This document shows positions 15,001 to 27,973 of a stretch of 64,000 nt of DNA, in pieces. Positions within the stretch are counted from its first letter, which is position 1, and each line of letters opens with the position of its first letter. Origin of the DNA: Blastocystis sp. Blastoise (taxonomy: Eukaryota > Protista > Bigyra: Opalinata); the NCBI GenBank assembly GCA_039096225.1, contig JBBPEB010000012.1:124001-188000 (forward strand). The letters are read 5' to 3'. The translations under genes were made by a program, and so were the position numbers. The notes under the pieces are model-generated. The model was not told the DNA's origin. It worked only from the letters and a program-made list of their open reading frames with translations, and ran no database searches.

Positions 15001-18000
15001 ATAGTTGTATAAGAATGAAATGTCCTGAAAATATTTATGATGGTAAGACTTATGAATCAATTCCTACTAATACATCAATCTCAATTTCATGTGGTGATGG
15101 ATTTATTGGTACTTATGAAAGATTCTGTAATTTAGATAAGACATGGTCTGAACCAATTGATCATTGTACATCTACTAATGTTGTTTGTATACCTAGTATA
15201 ACAGAAATTAATATAGTTAGATTACAACCTGTTCCTGAATATAGTATTAGTTGTAATAGTGAAATAATAGAATCTTATTCTATTAATTCAGAATTACCTG
15301 ATGGTTTAGTATTTAATAGTGAAACTGGTATAATATCTGGTATTCCTACAACAACATTAATACCATCAAATAAATTTATAATAAGTGTAAATAGTCCATT
15401 AATTGGTGGTTATGAAATGAATATAATAATAAATGAATTATATTGTAATGTTGATGGTGATTGGAATTTTGCTATTGGTGGTACAACATCTACACATGAA
15501 TGTGATTCTTTTAAAGAAGGTAGTATTACTAGAGTATGTAATAATATATATCCTGCTACATGGGAAGATGAAGAAAATACATGTAAATATAAGATTCCTA
15601 TAATTAATTATGATGAAAGTAGTTATATTTGGTATAGAAAGACATCTAATGTAAATATAATGCCTATAATAGAAAATTATGTATCATCTTATACTATTAG
15701 CCCTGAATTACCATCTGGATTAGTATTTAATAGTGAAAATGGTTCTATTAGTGGTATTCCTTTAATTTATTCTTCTATTACTGAATATACAATTACTGCT
15801 TATAATGAAGATAAATCTAATAATGTAATAATATCAATAACAATTCTTAATAAGATATGTGATGCTAGTGAAGATGGTAAATATGAAGAAAGTGTTGCTG
15901 GTACAAAGATAGAATTATTATGTCCTGAAAATGAATTATATAATGGTATAATATCTCGTGAATGTATAGATAATGATAATAGTTATTGGAGTGAAATTAT
16001 TAATACATGTACTAGAAATACATGTAATAGTATAATTGAAGATGATGTTATATGGGATATTACTCCTACAAATACAACAGTAACTAAATCATGTGATGAA
16101 GGATTAGAAGGTAGTATAACAAAGAAATGTAATTTAGATGGTACATGGTCTAATACTATTAATACATGTTCTATAAAGCAATGTATGACTGATATTGATT
16201 CTGTTTATAATTTAGAATGGAATTCTATTGATATTAATACAAGTATGAGTATATCCTGTTCTACTCCTTATGAAGGTGTTTATATAAGAAAATGTAATTC
16301 AGAAGGTATATGGGAATCTGTAGAAAATCATTGTTATATACCAAGTGTATCTTGTATTCCTTCTCAAAATATATTTAATATAAGTAGATTAGAATCTATG
16401 CCTATATATGATATTCCTTGTTCTAAACCTATTCAATCATTTACTATTAGTCCTTTATTACCTAATGGACTTTCATTTGATACTCATACTGCTATTATTT
16501 CTGGTTCTTCTACTACTTTACTTGATACTACTATATATACTATATCTTTATCTGAACCTTATAATGATTCATTTACTATATCCATAACTATAAATGAATT
16601 ATATTGTGAAAGTGATGGTATGTGGCCTAAAACTATTGCTGGAGAAGAAAGTATTATAAATTGTAATGATCCTATGTATTATATAGGTAATTCTCATCGT
16701 ATATGTAATAATGTATATCCTGCTACATGGGGATCTATTATAGAAGATTCATGTGAATTACGTGCTCCTTATGATGTTTCTTATCCTCAAAGTCAAATTT
16801 CTATTCCTATTAATACACCTATGACTCCACTTATTCCTACTTATAAAGGATTAAATGTTGAATTTTCTATATCTCCTTCTTTACCTTCGAATCTTATTTT
16901 TGATATTCATACAGGTATGATAAGTGGTACTCCTACTGTTATTATTCCTTTATCATCTTATACAATTACTTTAAGAAATGAAGGTGGTAGTATAGATATA
17001 ATAATATCAATAGTAAGTAGTTCTGCTTATTGTAATTCTATAGAAGAGAATGGTTATATATTCCCTGATACAAGTGTAGGTGGATCAGTATCCTTAAAAT
17101 GTGAAGATGGTTATTCTGGTAGTATAATTCGTAATTGTTTATCTGATAAATTATGGTCTCCAATAATAAATACATGTAAACAAATATATTGTCCTTCAAA
17201 GATAGTGAATTATCATGAATTAGAATTTAGTATACCCGAAACACCAGCTGGTCATAAATCAGGAATGCATTGTTATGAAGGTGGTATATGGTTATCCTGT
17301 TCTATAAGTGGTGAATGGGATGAAACAATAGAAAATAATTGTACTGAATGTAATTCTGGTCAATATCCTGTATATATAAATCCTGATGATGGAACAAAAG
17401 TATGTGATACTTGTCCTTCTGGTATGATATGTCCTGATGGATCTATAGAAACTATGACAGGTTGTTATGGTCAATATTGGTCTACATCTGGATCTAAGAT
17501 ATGTCAATTATGTATAAATGGTTATACAAATAAATTATTAAATGGTAATACAATGTGTACAGAATGTAAATCTGATGAATATGTATATGAATCTGAATGT
17601 ATAAAGAAGACTAGTTGTTCTAGTATAATAGATGAAGATGGAATATGGCCTGAAACACTTGTTGGATATAGAGCTTCTTTATATATTAATAATGATATTA
17701 ATATAGGTTATATTACTAAGAATTGTATTTCTACTATTAATGGTCCACAATTTGAACAAACTGATTATTCTGGATTAGGTATATTTTTTATTGTTTATTG
17801 TTTTTTATTGTTTTTTATTATTTATTTTATTATTATTATTATTATTTTATTATTATTTTATTTATTTTATTTATTTTATAATATTAATATTTTCTTTTTA
17901 TAGTTGATAAGAATATTCAAGCTGGTCATTCACTTATTGATGTTAATTATATATTTAATAATCTTGCTATATATGATTATGATAGTGATGCTGAATTCCT

Positions 18001-18901
18001 TATTTCTCAAAGTGTAATTCGTTCTTTTGCTTATAAATTAGGATCTATTCGTGATTATGCTTATAGTTATACTTTTGAAAATGTATATATTATTTATTTA
18101 ATTATTTTTTATTTATTCAATATAACTTTATATAATTTAATAATAAAAATCTATAATATATATCTATAGGGTATATTTACTGTGACACTTCATTTCCGTT
18201 TTGAATCAAATTATATTAGTTTAACAACATTAGAAAAATATATTCCTGTTTCTGTTAATTCTATTATTGATAATTTACATTCTACCAATCCTTATCTTTT
18301 CCATAATTATATTTATATTTCTATACCTAATTTTATTGATTCTATATCTCTTAATGATATATGTGAATATGATGATTTATCAAGTGTATCTCTTACTGAA
18401 TATCATTATGAATCTTGTCCTTCTGGTTATACTGGTATAATAAGTGAAAGATGTTTACAACGTCATTATGATTCTTATAATACTAGACGTCAATATCAAT
18501 GTAAACCTATTAATCCTCCTTTTGGAAGTGATCTTACTTATATTGATATTACTTATTCTGCTTCTGATATATTTATGCAAGAATTTACTTGTGAAATCAA
18601 GATTCTTCTTAAGAGATATATTCTTCAAACTACAAAACAACTCTATTATTCTATGGATGTTTATAATTTCCATGAATATAATAATGATAATTTAGATGTT
18701 AAGACTTCTTTTACTATTCGTGCTTCTGTTCCTACTTCTTATACTGATACTACTGTTGATATATTATCTTCTTTAGAAGATCCACTCAAATCATTCTTTA
18801 TTAAAAACAAAGGAATAATCTATAGTGATACTACTATTTCTCTTGAACCTAATTCTATTCATATTGTTAATGCTAATAAACGAAGACTTCGTTCACTTTA
18901 A
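1..18901 (+). CDS. Giant (>6,200 aa in window, 5'-partial) multidomain extracellular/surface-type protein: LamG/ConA-like, 2x PA14-like, He_PIG-type Ig repeats, Cys-rich hormone-receptor-like repeats, bacterial Ig-like, 2x farnesoic-acid-O-methyltransferase-like, WSC and F5/8C-like domains
   Basis: The frame of ORF 195..17903 is already open at position 3 (WIPFEDSLEDY...). Exons are <1..17778, 17904..18082 and 18170..18901. Introns 17779..17903 and 18083..18169 are GT-AG and restore one frame ending ...ANKRRLRSL*. Motifs: LPxGLxFxxxTGxISG (He_PIG), WPxTxxG..C..G..G...R.C...G.W repeats, WSC (IGC..ECKNHC..YGLYQGNKCIC..CTGDSSYFCGG, ~8845-9095), SGNDC..RHPSSWRLEGSND (~12730-12790). Confidence 0.9.
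13791..16165 (+). repeat. Intragenic tandem repeat, 2001-bp (667-aa) period, built of two ~1-kb Ig+Cys subunits; ~1.2 periods in this copy
   Basis: The ITAYNEDKSNNVIISITILNKICDASEDGK coding sequence recurs at 13791 and 15792. The same 2001-bp period is seen in the minus-strand paralog (MKCPENIYDGK at 63443 and 61442). Confidence 0.85.
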
Positions 18902-20169
18902 GACTATTTAGGTGTTTTAATGTAATTTCCTTACATATCTCAAATAGTTTTTTACATAATTTTATGCGATTATATAGTATTCTTTTATAAATATATATAA
19001 GAATTATATTTAATTTCTATTTTTATTTCTATCTTTTTCAATTATAACAGTCTCTATATTTTAATAACTATTTGTTTATATTTATTATTTTTTATTTTTA
19101 TCTTATAAAAAAAACAATTTATTAAAACATTAATCTTTATATAAACATATATATATGTTATGTTATTAATGTTTATCTGTTTTAATATATCCTTTTATTT
19201 TTATTTTATTATATTTTTGATATAATTTATTTTATTTTTTAATTTCATTTTTTTAGTTTAATTTATTTTTAATTATATATATAGATATTTTAATTATTTG
19301 GTAGATTTGTTTTAATTTAACTTATTTAATTTTATTCTTCTTTACTTGATATAATTTTAATAGTATAATTTTCTTTGATTAATTTTTATATATTTCTTTT
19401 TTTTTGCATATAAGATTTATGATTATTTTAAGTTATAAAATATATTGTAATATCTGGCTGAAAATAGTGATTTGATAATATTTTAGTTTAATTTTTTAAT
19501 TTTTTGAATATATGTTTGTGTATATTCTCCTCATTGCTTTATAAAAATAGCATATTTTATTTATTTATATATACTAGAAATGCCTTTTCATTAGTTTTTT
19601 GCTATTTTATGTATGCAGTGTGTCTTTTCGTATTTATACTAATTCTCTTTTACATTTCGTTTTAGTTGTCCACAAATGTGGTGGACCTATAGGTATATAA
19701 TATGTCGTCATTTATGATATTATTATATATACTTTTTAAATATTTTTATTTAATACAAATTTGTTTTCTTTTAAAATTCGTTCATTTTATAGTATTGTTT
19801 TGTTAAATAAATGATGTGTATAGAAATAGACATAAAACGAGGAGATATCCGTATAATTTCAAATGTTTTTCAATATGGTATTGTTTTGACATTATTTTCT
19901 TCTTTTATATGTTGTTATCTTCACATATGTTATATAATAAATATTATGAGGAATTACTTTTCTTAATTATAAAAACATATAAATTGTTATGTGTATTAAG
20001 GGTCAAAGACATAAAAAAATATATACAATACAATTTAAAGAATATATAACAGTTGTTGATATATTTTGAGTGATAACAATAGAAAAAGGGAAATAGATTA
20101 ATAAATAATGAAGATAGAACCAACTATATTAAATATAACACTATACGTTTTATATATATATTATTATTT

Positions 20170-21069
20170 TTAATGAATAGTTTCGGTATTTGAATCATCA
20201 TCAGTAGTTACAGGAAATATCTACATATATGATAATAATAACGAAAAATATATATATATATTTATTTAAAAAAATGTATAATATATATATTTCATAGATC
20301 AATAATAATATATAAATAAATATATTTTTAATAATTTCACTCTTATTATTCTTTCTATGACGATAAGAAGAAGAAGGATCGGAACTTTCAGAAGGAGAAG
20401 TTAAAGAAGCTATTTTTTCTTCTAAAGATTGTTTATTTAATTTAGGTGCAATTAAATTATCATATAAAATAACAGCTAACTATATATATAGAGGAAGATA
20501 GGACGTAATTATCCTAATAATCATATTAAGAGAAAAAAATAAAATTATATAAGCATAAGTAATTTATGAGTGAAGAAACATTATATATATATACATTAAT
20601 AGAGTCCATATAACACATAGAAAATACAGCAACTTTAAAAGCATCATAAAGAGGGAACCTATATATATATATATTCATTATATTTTTAATAATAATATTA
20701 ATTAATAATATATATATATATATACCAACGAATAAGTATAAAACGAACACTATCTAAAAGACAGAAACTAGCGTATAATATCCAATAAGTATATAATTTA
20801 GGAAGATCATTAGGATTTGGATTACAGAAATAGCGAAGGGTTTCATAAGTTGGATACACAGTACCAACAAGCGTAGCTATAAAATTAGATCCAAAGACTG
20901 CGTAGATAATGAGGAACAATAAAAATGAAGTAAACGAGACAATATAGATTCTTTTGACTCCAGTCTTTTCACGAATCAAATCAATATAGGGAATTGATGA
21001 ACACTTTTGATCATATCCATCGATCTGAGCATTAAAACGTTTCTTCAATTCTTCAAAATTAAAAGCCAT
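20170..21069 (-). CDS. REEP/DP1/Yop1 (TB2/DP1, HVA22 family) ER-shaping membrane protein
   Basis: Exons 21069..20726, 20658..20595 and 20479..~20341 give GTVYPTYETLR...KLYTYWILYASFCLLDS...WFPLYDAFKVAVFSMCY...AVILYDNLIAP. The last exon (~20220..20170) and its phase are uncertain. Confidence 0.85.
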
Positions 21070-22887
21070 ATTGAGTTACCAGTAAGTAATAAACAAATAT
21101 TAAATAATAAAGTAATAAGCCTTAATAAAAACAAATAATCAATACCGTCAAACGTCCAGTTCTGTAGCCATTTTCAGACTTTTCCCATGATTACATTCGT
21201 TTTCATTATGGGAATTATTTTTTGCCGCATTTTCTTTTCTATTCGTTTAGAGTATTCCTTGGAAAAAGTATACAATCATGTTCACCTTTTCTTTAACTAT
21301 TGATTTCTCTTTAATAATAAATATATTTTATGAGTTCATGTAGTTTCATTGTAGATGTATATTTTAATATGCATATAAATATCTATAAAACAATTATTAG
21401 TTGCTCTTTTTGGTTAAACATAAAAGAAATATCAGACGCCTTTTTTATCGCTTTTTTTGTGGCTTTCATCTTTTCAGATGAATAATATATACTGTAAGAT
21501 CTATAAATGTATTTAATAATACATTGAACAACAGATGAGAAACTCAAAAACATTTGACAAAGTGTTAAACAATCATCAAAGATACATTACTGATATAAAT
21601 TGATTTTCTGTCAAGCTCTAGACATTATCTACCAAAATTTACGTTCACGTCAAAATCAAATAATGAATATCTTTGTCAATTCCTAAGGATGACCTTCAAT
21701 TATTAGTGTTTGTTTTAAAAATATCAATTATTTATTAGAAATGGTAGGTCTTATTGTTATAATATAATAGTTTAATCCTAAACTAATTGGATTATGATAT
21801 ATTAATAAACATTCTTTATTTTATATAAACTCAATAAAGTTGAAGAGTATATATAGTTGTCATATTACTATTTACTTTTAAAGTATCAAATAATGTTGAT
21901 ATTATAATATAGAAATAATTATCCAGCTATTAACAATACGATACTGTTGTGTTGTTAACTATTAAACAGAAACTATATCTATTTCTAAAGATGAAGAAAT
22001 ATGCATCTTTATAATATAAACAGAATCATATACGTTATACATAAATGAATATTATATTGTCAATATATTAATGTTTCTTAATAAATAACAAATAGCAACC
22101 ATTCCTTCACTATGTATATCACATAAATTATGTTCCAAGAATAATCATGAAATGTTTTTTGTATTAAAACTAATATTACTGTATATATATATATATTGAT
22201 AAAAGTTATATATTGTAAGAAAAATATATTAAATATATACATGAAAACAATAATAAAAAAGTTGTAATAAGTGTTCTTTTCATTTTATAAATCTTGAATG
22301 ATAAATAGAATTAATAATCTATGTTTATTATAATAAAGATTATATTAGTTTATTATTCTATATCTGTTTGTGTTTTTCACCTTTTCTATGTTTATACATT
22401 ATTTTGAAATCTAAAAAAGCATAGATTCTATAAATAATTAGTTATTTAGTTATTATTTTTTATTAGTGATAAAATCAATCAAATGATGTAGATATCAAAG
22501 AATATAAAATTTCATTCTAATACAGTTTTTTCTTATTATATAAAAATATTAAAAATAGTTTTTTTGTTGATATATATAAAATTGTTATATATGTATTAAT
22601 AAAATAATGTATATTATTTCTATTCAATGCATTGTTTATATAGACTAGACTGTTAAGATTCTTTTAAATTTTTTATTAAATAACCATAAGACTACATACT
22701 TTAAGATACAATTACATATTGTATATAATAGTTATAGAGAAAAATAATAAATAACAATAATAAAATATTAAATTTACAACTATATAAAAAAATGAAAATG
22801 ATTAAAATTTAAAAATACATATATATATATATATATTAAAAGAATATAATAAAACAATTTCTTATTCAATATATATATAATAATATG

Positions 22888-24459
22888 TTATGCTCTTCCC
22901 CATACTTCATAGTCATCCACAATAAATGAATTTGAACTATTTGCATTTCCAGTATTTACAAATAATGATGACTTTTGAAGTGTATTTACTTCATTATAAT
23001 AATATGCATGACAAGTAGATGATGAATTTTGATGGCATCCATCAGATATATTAATATCACCAACAAATACTGGTCCATAAGAAGGATCACAATTGATAGC
23101 ATAATCTTTATTATGAATAGTATATTGAGTAGGAGGAATACCATGTTCATTACTTAAAGTAAATATAAACTCTTTAGAATATTGTTTATATGTCTCCATG
23201 TCACTACACATAGTGAAAGGAAATGATTCCCAACTTTGATCTGTATATCCTCCAAATATATTTATATGATTATTATGACCTATATGTTTTATTAGAGTCA
23301 CTGTTTCTCCTTGATTATCACAATAGTTATGAAATTCGTAAGCAGAATAATTATGCTCACTTGCTCTATATATAATAGTTTATAAATTAAACAATTATTA
23401 TAAATAATATATATAATAATGATACCTAAATAATAATTTCCATTTTTTGTCTTTTCCCAGCCAGTTCATTAAGGATCTTTTTAATTTTCTATTAATTATA
23501 GTAGATTCATCAAATATTCCTTTAATAATGCAGTCTTTCGCTTCATCTCTTCCTTGATCACCAAATAATTCAATCATTTCTTTCTCAAATGAATCTTGCT
23601 TAATATTACTAATTTTATCTTCTTCTATATCTATAATTTTATTCTTTACATATTCATTAATATATTCAATATATTCATATTCCTTATTCATATATAAACT
23701 ATCATCTATATGATTATAATCAGCAAATCCATGATCATAATTCATTATATAATTCTTCCATAATCCATTCTGTACTAAATAATCTTTTATAATCTTATCT
23801 TTATTTCCATTAATAATCAATTCTATTTCTTCTTCTTTTTCTATTTTCTTCTTCTTTGTTTCTCTACGTTCACGTGCAAAGACTAAATCTCCAGGAATAA
23901 TTATATTGCAATATTCAAATAAATCTAAGATTTCTAATTGGTCTTCGTATATAAAATTATAAAAATTAATTGGCTTTTCATTCAAATAATCTAATAAATA
24001 ATAAGCAGAAGCTTCATTTCCTATATAATCTAGATATATATTACCATAAATATCTCTTGATTCTTCTGAAGACGCTTCATATATATATGAGTAAGGAATT
24101 GATTGAATAATACTCTTTGATATTTGAAATAAAGAACCACTATTTGTGAAACGAATAAAATCTTCATCATTATTCTTGTTTCTATAATGATTACCATTTT
24201 TAGTAACACTATTTCGACTAATTTCATCAAAAATATTTGACGAAATCGAAGATTCATTGATTTGATCATCACTTTTTGTTTCATAATAATTACGAGAAAT
24301 GTTCAGAATGCTCTTAATCAACGTATCGGAATGAATATAAAGTTTTGATATTGACGAACAACAATCAACAAAAGAATGCAATAGTTTTCCACGTATAACT
24401 ATGTCTTCTTCTAGTTGCCTGAGACAATCTGTATTTATATTTATTTGTTCTATCAACAT
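22888..24459 (-). CDS. TLDc-domain protein with N-terminal BTB/POZ-like region
   Basis: Exons 24459..23426 and 23365..22888 (GT-AG intron 23425..23366) join as WKLLFR|ASEHNYSAYEFHNYCDNQGETVTLIK...IFGGYT..SW...FIFTL...YGPVF...VDDYEVW, which are canonical TLDc motifs. GNIYLDY..YLLDYL resembles BTB/T1. Confidence 0.9.
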
Positions 24460-25489
24460 TTTACGTGAATATTCACTATCAGGTCATTTTTAATTTTTAA
24501 AGCTTTTTGATTGGCTAATTTTCGTTCAAAACTTATTCAGCCAATAAAATTATAACAAAAAAAAGACTTAGGCAAAAAAAAACAAAATTTTCATAAAAAT
24601 TTTAAGTCGACTTTTGATTTAGACACAAAAACCCTATTAAACATATTTTATTAAAGAATTGACAATATTTTTTATTTACAGAGGATCACACGATATCCAA
24701 ACCGTTTTTATTTATTTTAAAGTCGCAATTCTGAAGAAAATGAGGGTCAATATTTTAAAATATTTTATAGTTGTGTTTAAAGTGAAGACCCTCTCAGAGT
24801 CACATATATGATTAAAAATGAATAAAAAGACCTCTATGGTTCGAAACCAAAATTCAGCCAAAAAGTCAAAAAATTATATTTTTTTTACACTGAAAAATTG
24901 AGCCGAGCCTATTTGTTCCATGGGCAGTCAGACCAGAGTTTTGAATTTTTAAAATATTTACGGGAATATTTTTCTCGTTCAAAACTGAGTCTATTTATAT
25001 TTTATTGACTATCAGAGGATATAAGTGTTTTAGAAGAGTTTTTTCATTTGATTTTATTATGACTTAAAGTTCCGCATACAAAGAGTATGCCAAAACTTCT
25101 AAAAAAACTACTTTTCCTCAGAATCAAATAAAAGTCTTTTATAAAGTCACTTTTAGAGTTAATTATGTAACATGCAATCGTTTTAAGTCAAAATTAATAG
25201 TTTTTAGACGAGTCAGTCAACAGATCAGAGAGTCAACAAAAATGAGTAATTTTTTAAAACTTGAAAGTAGTGAGATACAATAGTGTTGTGTCAATAGCTC
25301 AGTACATAACGTTTAAAACTTGTAATTTTAGTAGTGAGTCATAAAAAATTAAAAAAAAATATAAAAGCTATTTTTACGAAAATTTTTAGTATTTGACTAA
25401 CAAATTTTATTATATTAGTGAATTCATCTTTATTTTTAAATTATTATAACCAAACATATATAGATATTTTTATACTTATTTATGGTGTT

Positions 25490-25945
25490 TTTTATACAGG
25501 TATGCACTTTATAAGTATTTATTTATTAGATATTTTCTACTTTTTTTCATAATTCTTTTTAGTTTTCCATTGTGTAAATCCTTTTCCTGACAGATATTCT
25601 CCCAGGTCGGTTTCAAAGTGGTTCATCATGTGTACTTGTTGGGTTTTTTCTTATAAGGTATTTTATTACATTTGTTTATTTTTAATTTTTTTAGGTTGTT
25701 TATTAGGTCTTGTCGGTACTTCAAATAATCAATTAACAAAGTCTAGAAGGTATATAATTATATATTTTTTTTTTCTTTGCATTTAGATATTTTTCTTTTT
25801 TCTCTTTTCCTATGTTACAATATTCTTTTATTCTTTTTTTAATTTACTCTATTTTTAGTATATGTTTATTATATATTATATTATATAGGAAGGTGCTTTT
25901 TAGTTGCCATTGGTGAATTAGGTTGCTGGTGTGTTCTTTAAAAAT
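25490..25945 (+). other. Micro-exon cluster 1 inside element A (spliced; no clear ORF)
   Basis: Donors ACAG|GTATG (25500), TAAG|GTATT (25658) and GAAG|GTATA (25750). Acceptors at 25593, 25694 and 25888. The exons are GC-richer blocks of 55-64 nt between AT-rich introns. Confidence 0.5.
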
Positions 25946-26005
25946 TAAAAAGACTGATTTTACAAAGGATATTGGTCTCTATATGTCTATTCATGTTAAT
26001 GATAA

Positions 26006-26046
<41 letters not shown>

Positions 26047-26057
26047 AATATCTTTAG

Positions 26058-26648
26058 AATCACGGGAATAGTGCTTGATTTCTTTGAAGAGAGAGGTATA
26101 TATAAGAATATATACAGAGTTTATTAAGATGGATATACACAAGCAGATATTTATGGATTAGAAGATATTCAAGTTGATATAGTAGAGCCATTTCCTTACC
26201 TGGAGCGTCATCTAGATGCGTCACTTGTACTAACCAATACATCTCATGATAAGAATTTACTTATTTATTATCATCAGGACAAACAGATTTATACCATAAT
26301 AGATCTTTCTTACTCCCCCATTTCTGATAAATATACATATTCACTACGAAATAGTGATAATAGAGCATTTATTTTTGATTTATCTCAAGGTTCATATACG
26401 ATTCTAAAAGAAATTCCAGCACGTGATCGTCTCGTGACTCCCCTCAATCCCCCTCCAACAGACCCCATTCTCAGTACGAAACTCAAATCATTTGTCGAGG
26501 AATATACAGATAAACGATATTATTGTAAACCCTATAGTTTTTTATATAAAGCTATTGAAACCTCTTTATATGAATATATGAATGTATTACAATCATTATG
26601 GGCAGATATCGACTTTGGAAAAGATGTATATATATATATATATATATG

Positions 26649-26683
<35 letters not shown>

Positions 26684-27604
26684 GTTTGAATACTTATTCT
26701 CTATGTATAAATTAAGCATATATATTTATATACTTACTTCTCTTCCTTCACTTGTTACTATTTGTAATGAAATGTATATATATATAGTTTATAAAAATTT
26801 TTACCAAGTGATTTTCCCCGCCAAATTGATGTTGATGAATATACAAATACACTGAAATTTGCTGAAAAACGAAAAATGTAATTATGATTTATTATATTAT
26901 TAATATATATATATATATATATATAGTTATCAAGATCCTTATGATTATCAAAAATTATATATTAATATATATATATATAAGTTGATGAGATCAAACATGA
27001 AAAATAAAATTGATGTATATAATTATTATTATTATATATATATTTATATATAGGGAATAACGAATTTAACTACATTATTTAATGATCTTCAAACGGTAAA
27101 GAAATCTGCTATTTATAAATCACTTGTTCAATATATACGAGACAGAGTATATATAACTATCTATATATATTACTTATATATATGTTACTTATTATATATA
27201 GGATATATTAGATGTGTTATTCCGACAGTGTTTAAATACAGAAACGTTACGATTGTCTCTCTCTCTTCTTCAATATATATGCACTGTTATCCCTGTATTT
27301 ACTTATTATTCTATTCTTATTATTATATATATACATATTCTTATTCTTATATATATAGTTAACAAATAAGGATATTGATATATTTTATGAAGCTGTTCAT
27401 AATAGCAGTATATATGAATACATTCAAGCAACTACCATTATATGTCAACTACTCCCTTTCTTCCCTAATCAACGTATATATATATATAGTATTATGCTTT
27501 TTATTATTATATATTCTTATATATAGAACGTGAATATTTACAAAGTTTATTATTAAATACAAGTGTTGATATATGTACAGTACAAGTATATATTTATATA
27601 TACT

Positions 27605-27635
<31 letters not shown>

Positions 27636-27919
27636 AATTATACATATATATATATACTTATATTCATATTATTTATAGAGTATTAAAGTATTAAGTAAAA
27701 TTGTTAGTTATATATATAAATGACATCCCTGAATCACAACCTATTCCTGATTCTATTCGAAATTCTATTGTATATATTATGTATTATAATAACATTCTTA
27801 TTATTATTATAGAAAACAGTTGGTGAGTATATTTTCCGTTAAGGATGTATTTGTACTCCCGAATCAAATGAAGAAAAGCACGTGATATTCTCATTGATTC
27901 CACTTTATAAATCGGAGAG

Positions 27920-27973
<54 letters not shown>

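Noticed and set aside
780-17507. Short antisense and alternate-frame ORFs within the giant gene (also 18444-18695, 57794-58045, 58950-59165)
   Set aside because: These are shadow ORFs caused by codon bias.
17779-17903. Hydrophobic C-terminal TM anchor in the 5902-aa ORF (and at 58608-58678)
   Set aside because: It is read-through into a T-rich GT-AG intron; splicing continues to two further exons.
19660-19695. GTTGTCCACA...GTGGAC resembling the MULE TIR sub-motif
   Set aside because: The match is too short and has no partner repeat or TSD.
26118-27850. Alternative genetic code (TAA read as Gln) explaining in-frame stops
   Set aside because: Intact genes, including the >5,900-codon exon, have no internal TAA/TAG and end in TAA. 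The stops co-occur with frameshifts, which indicates decay.
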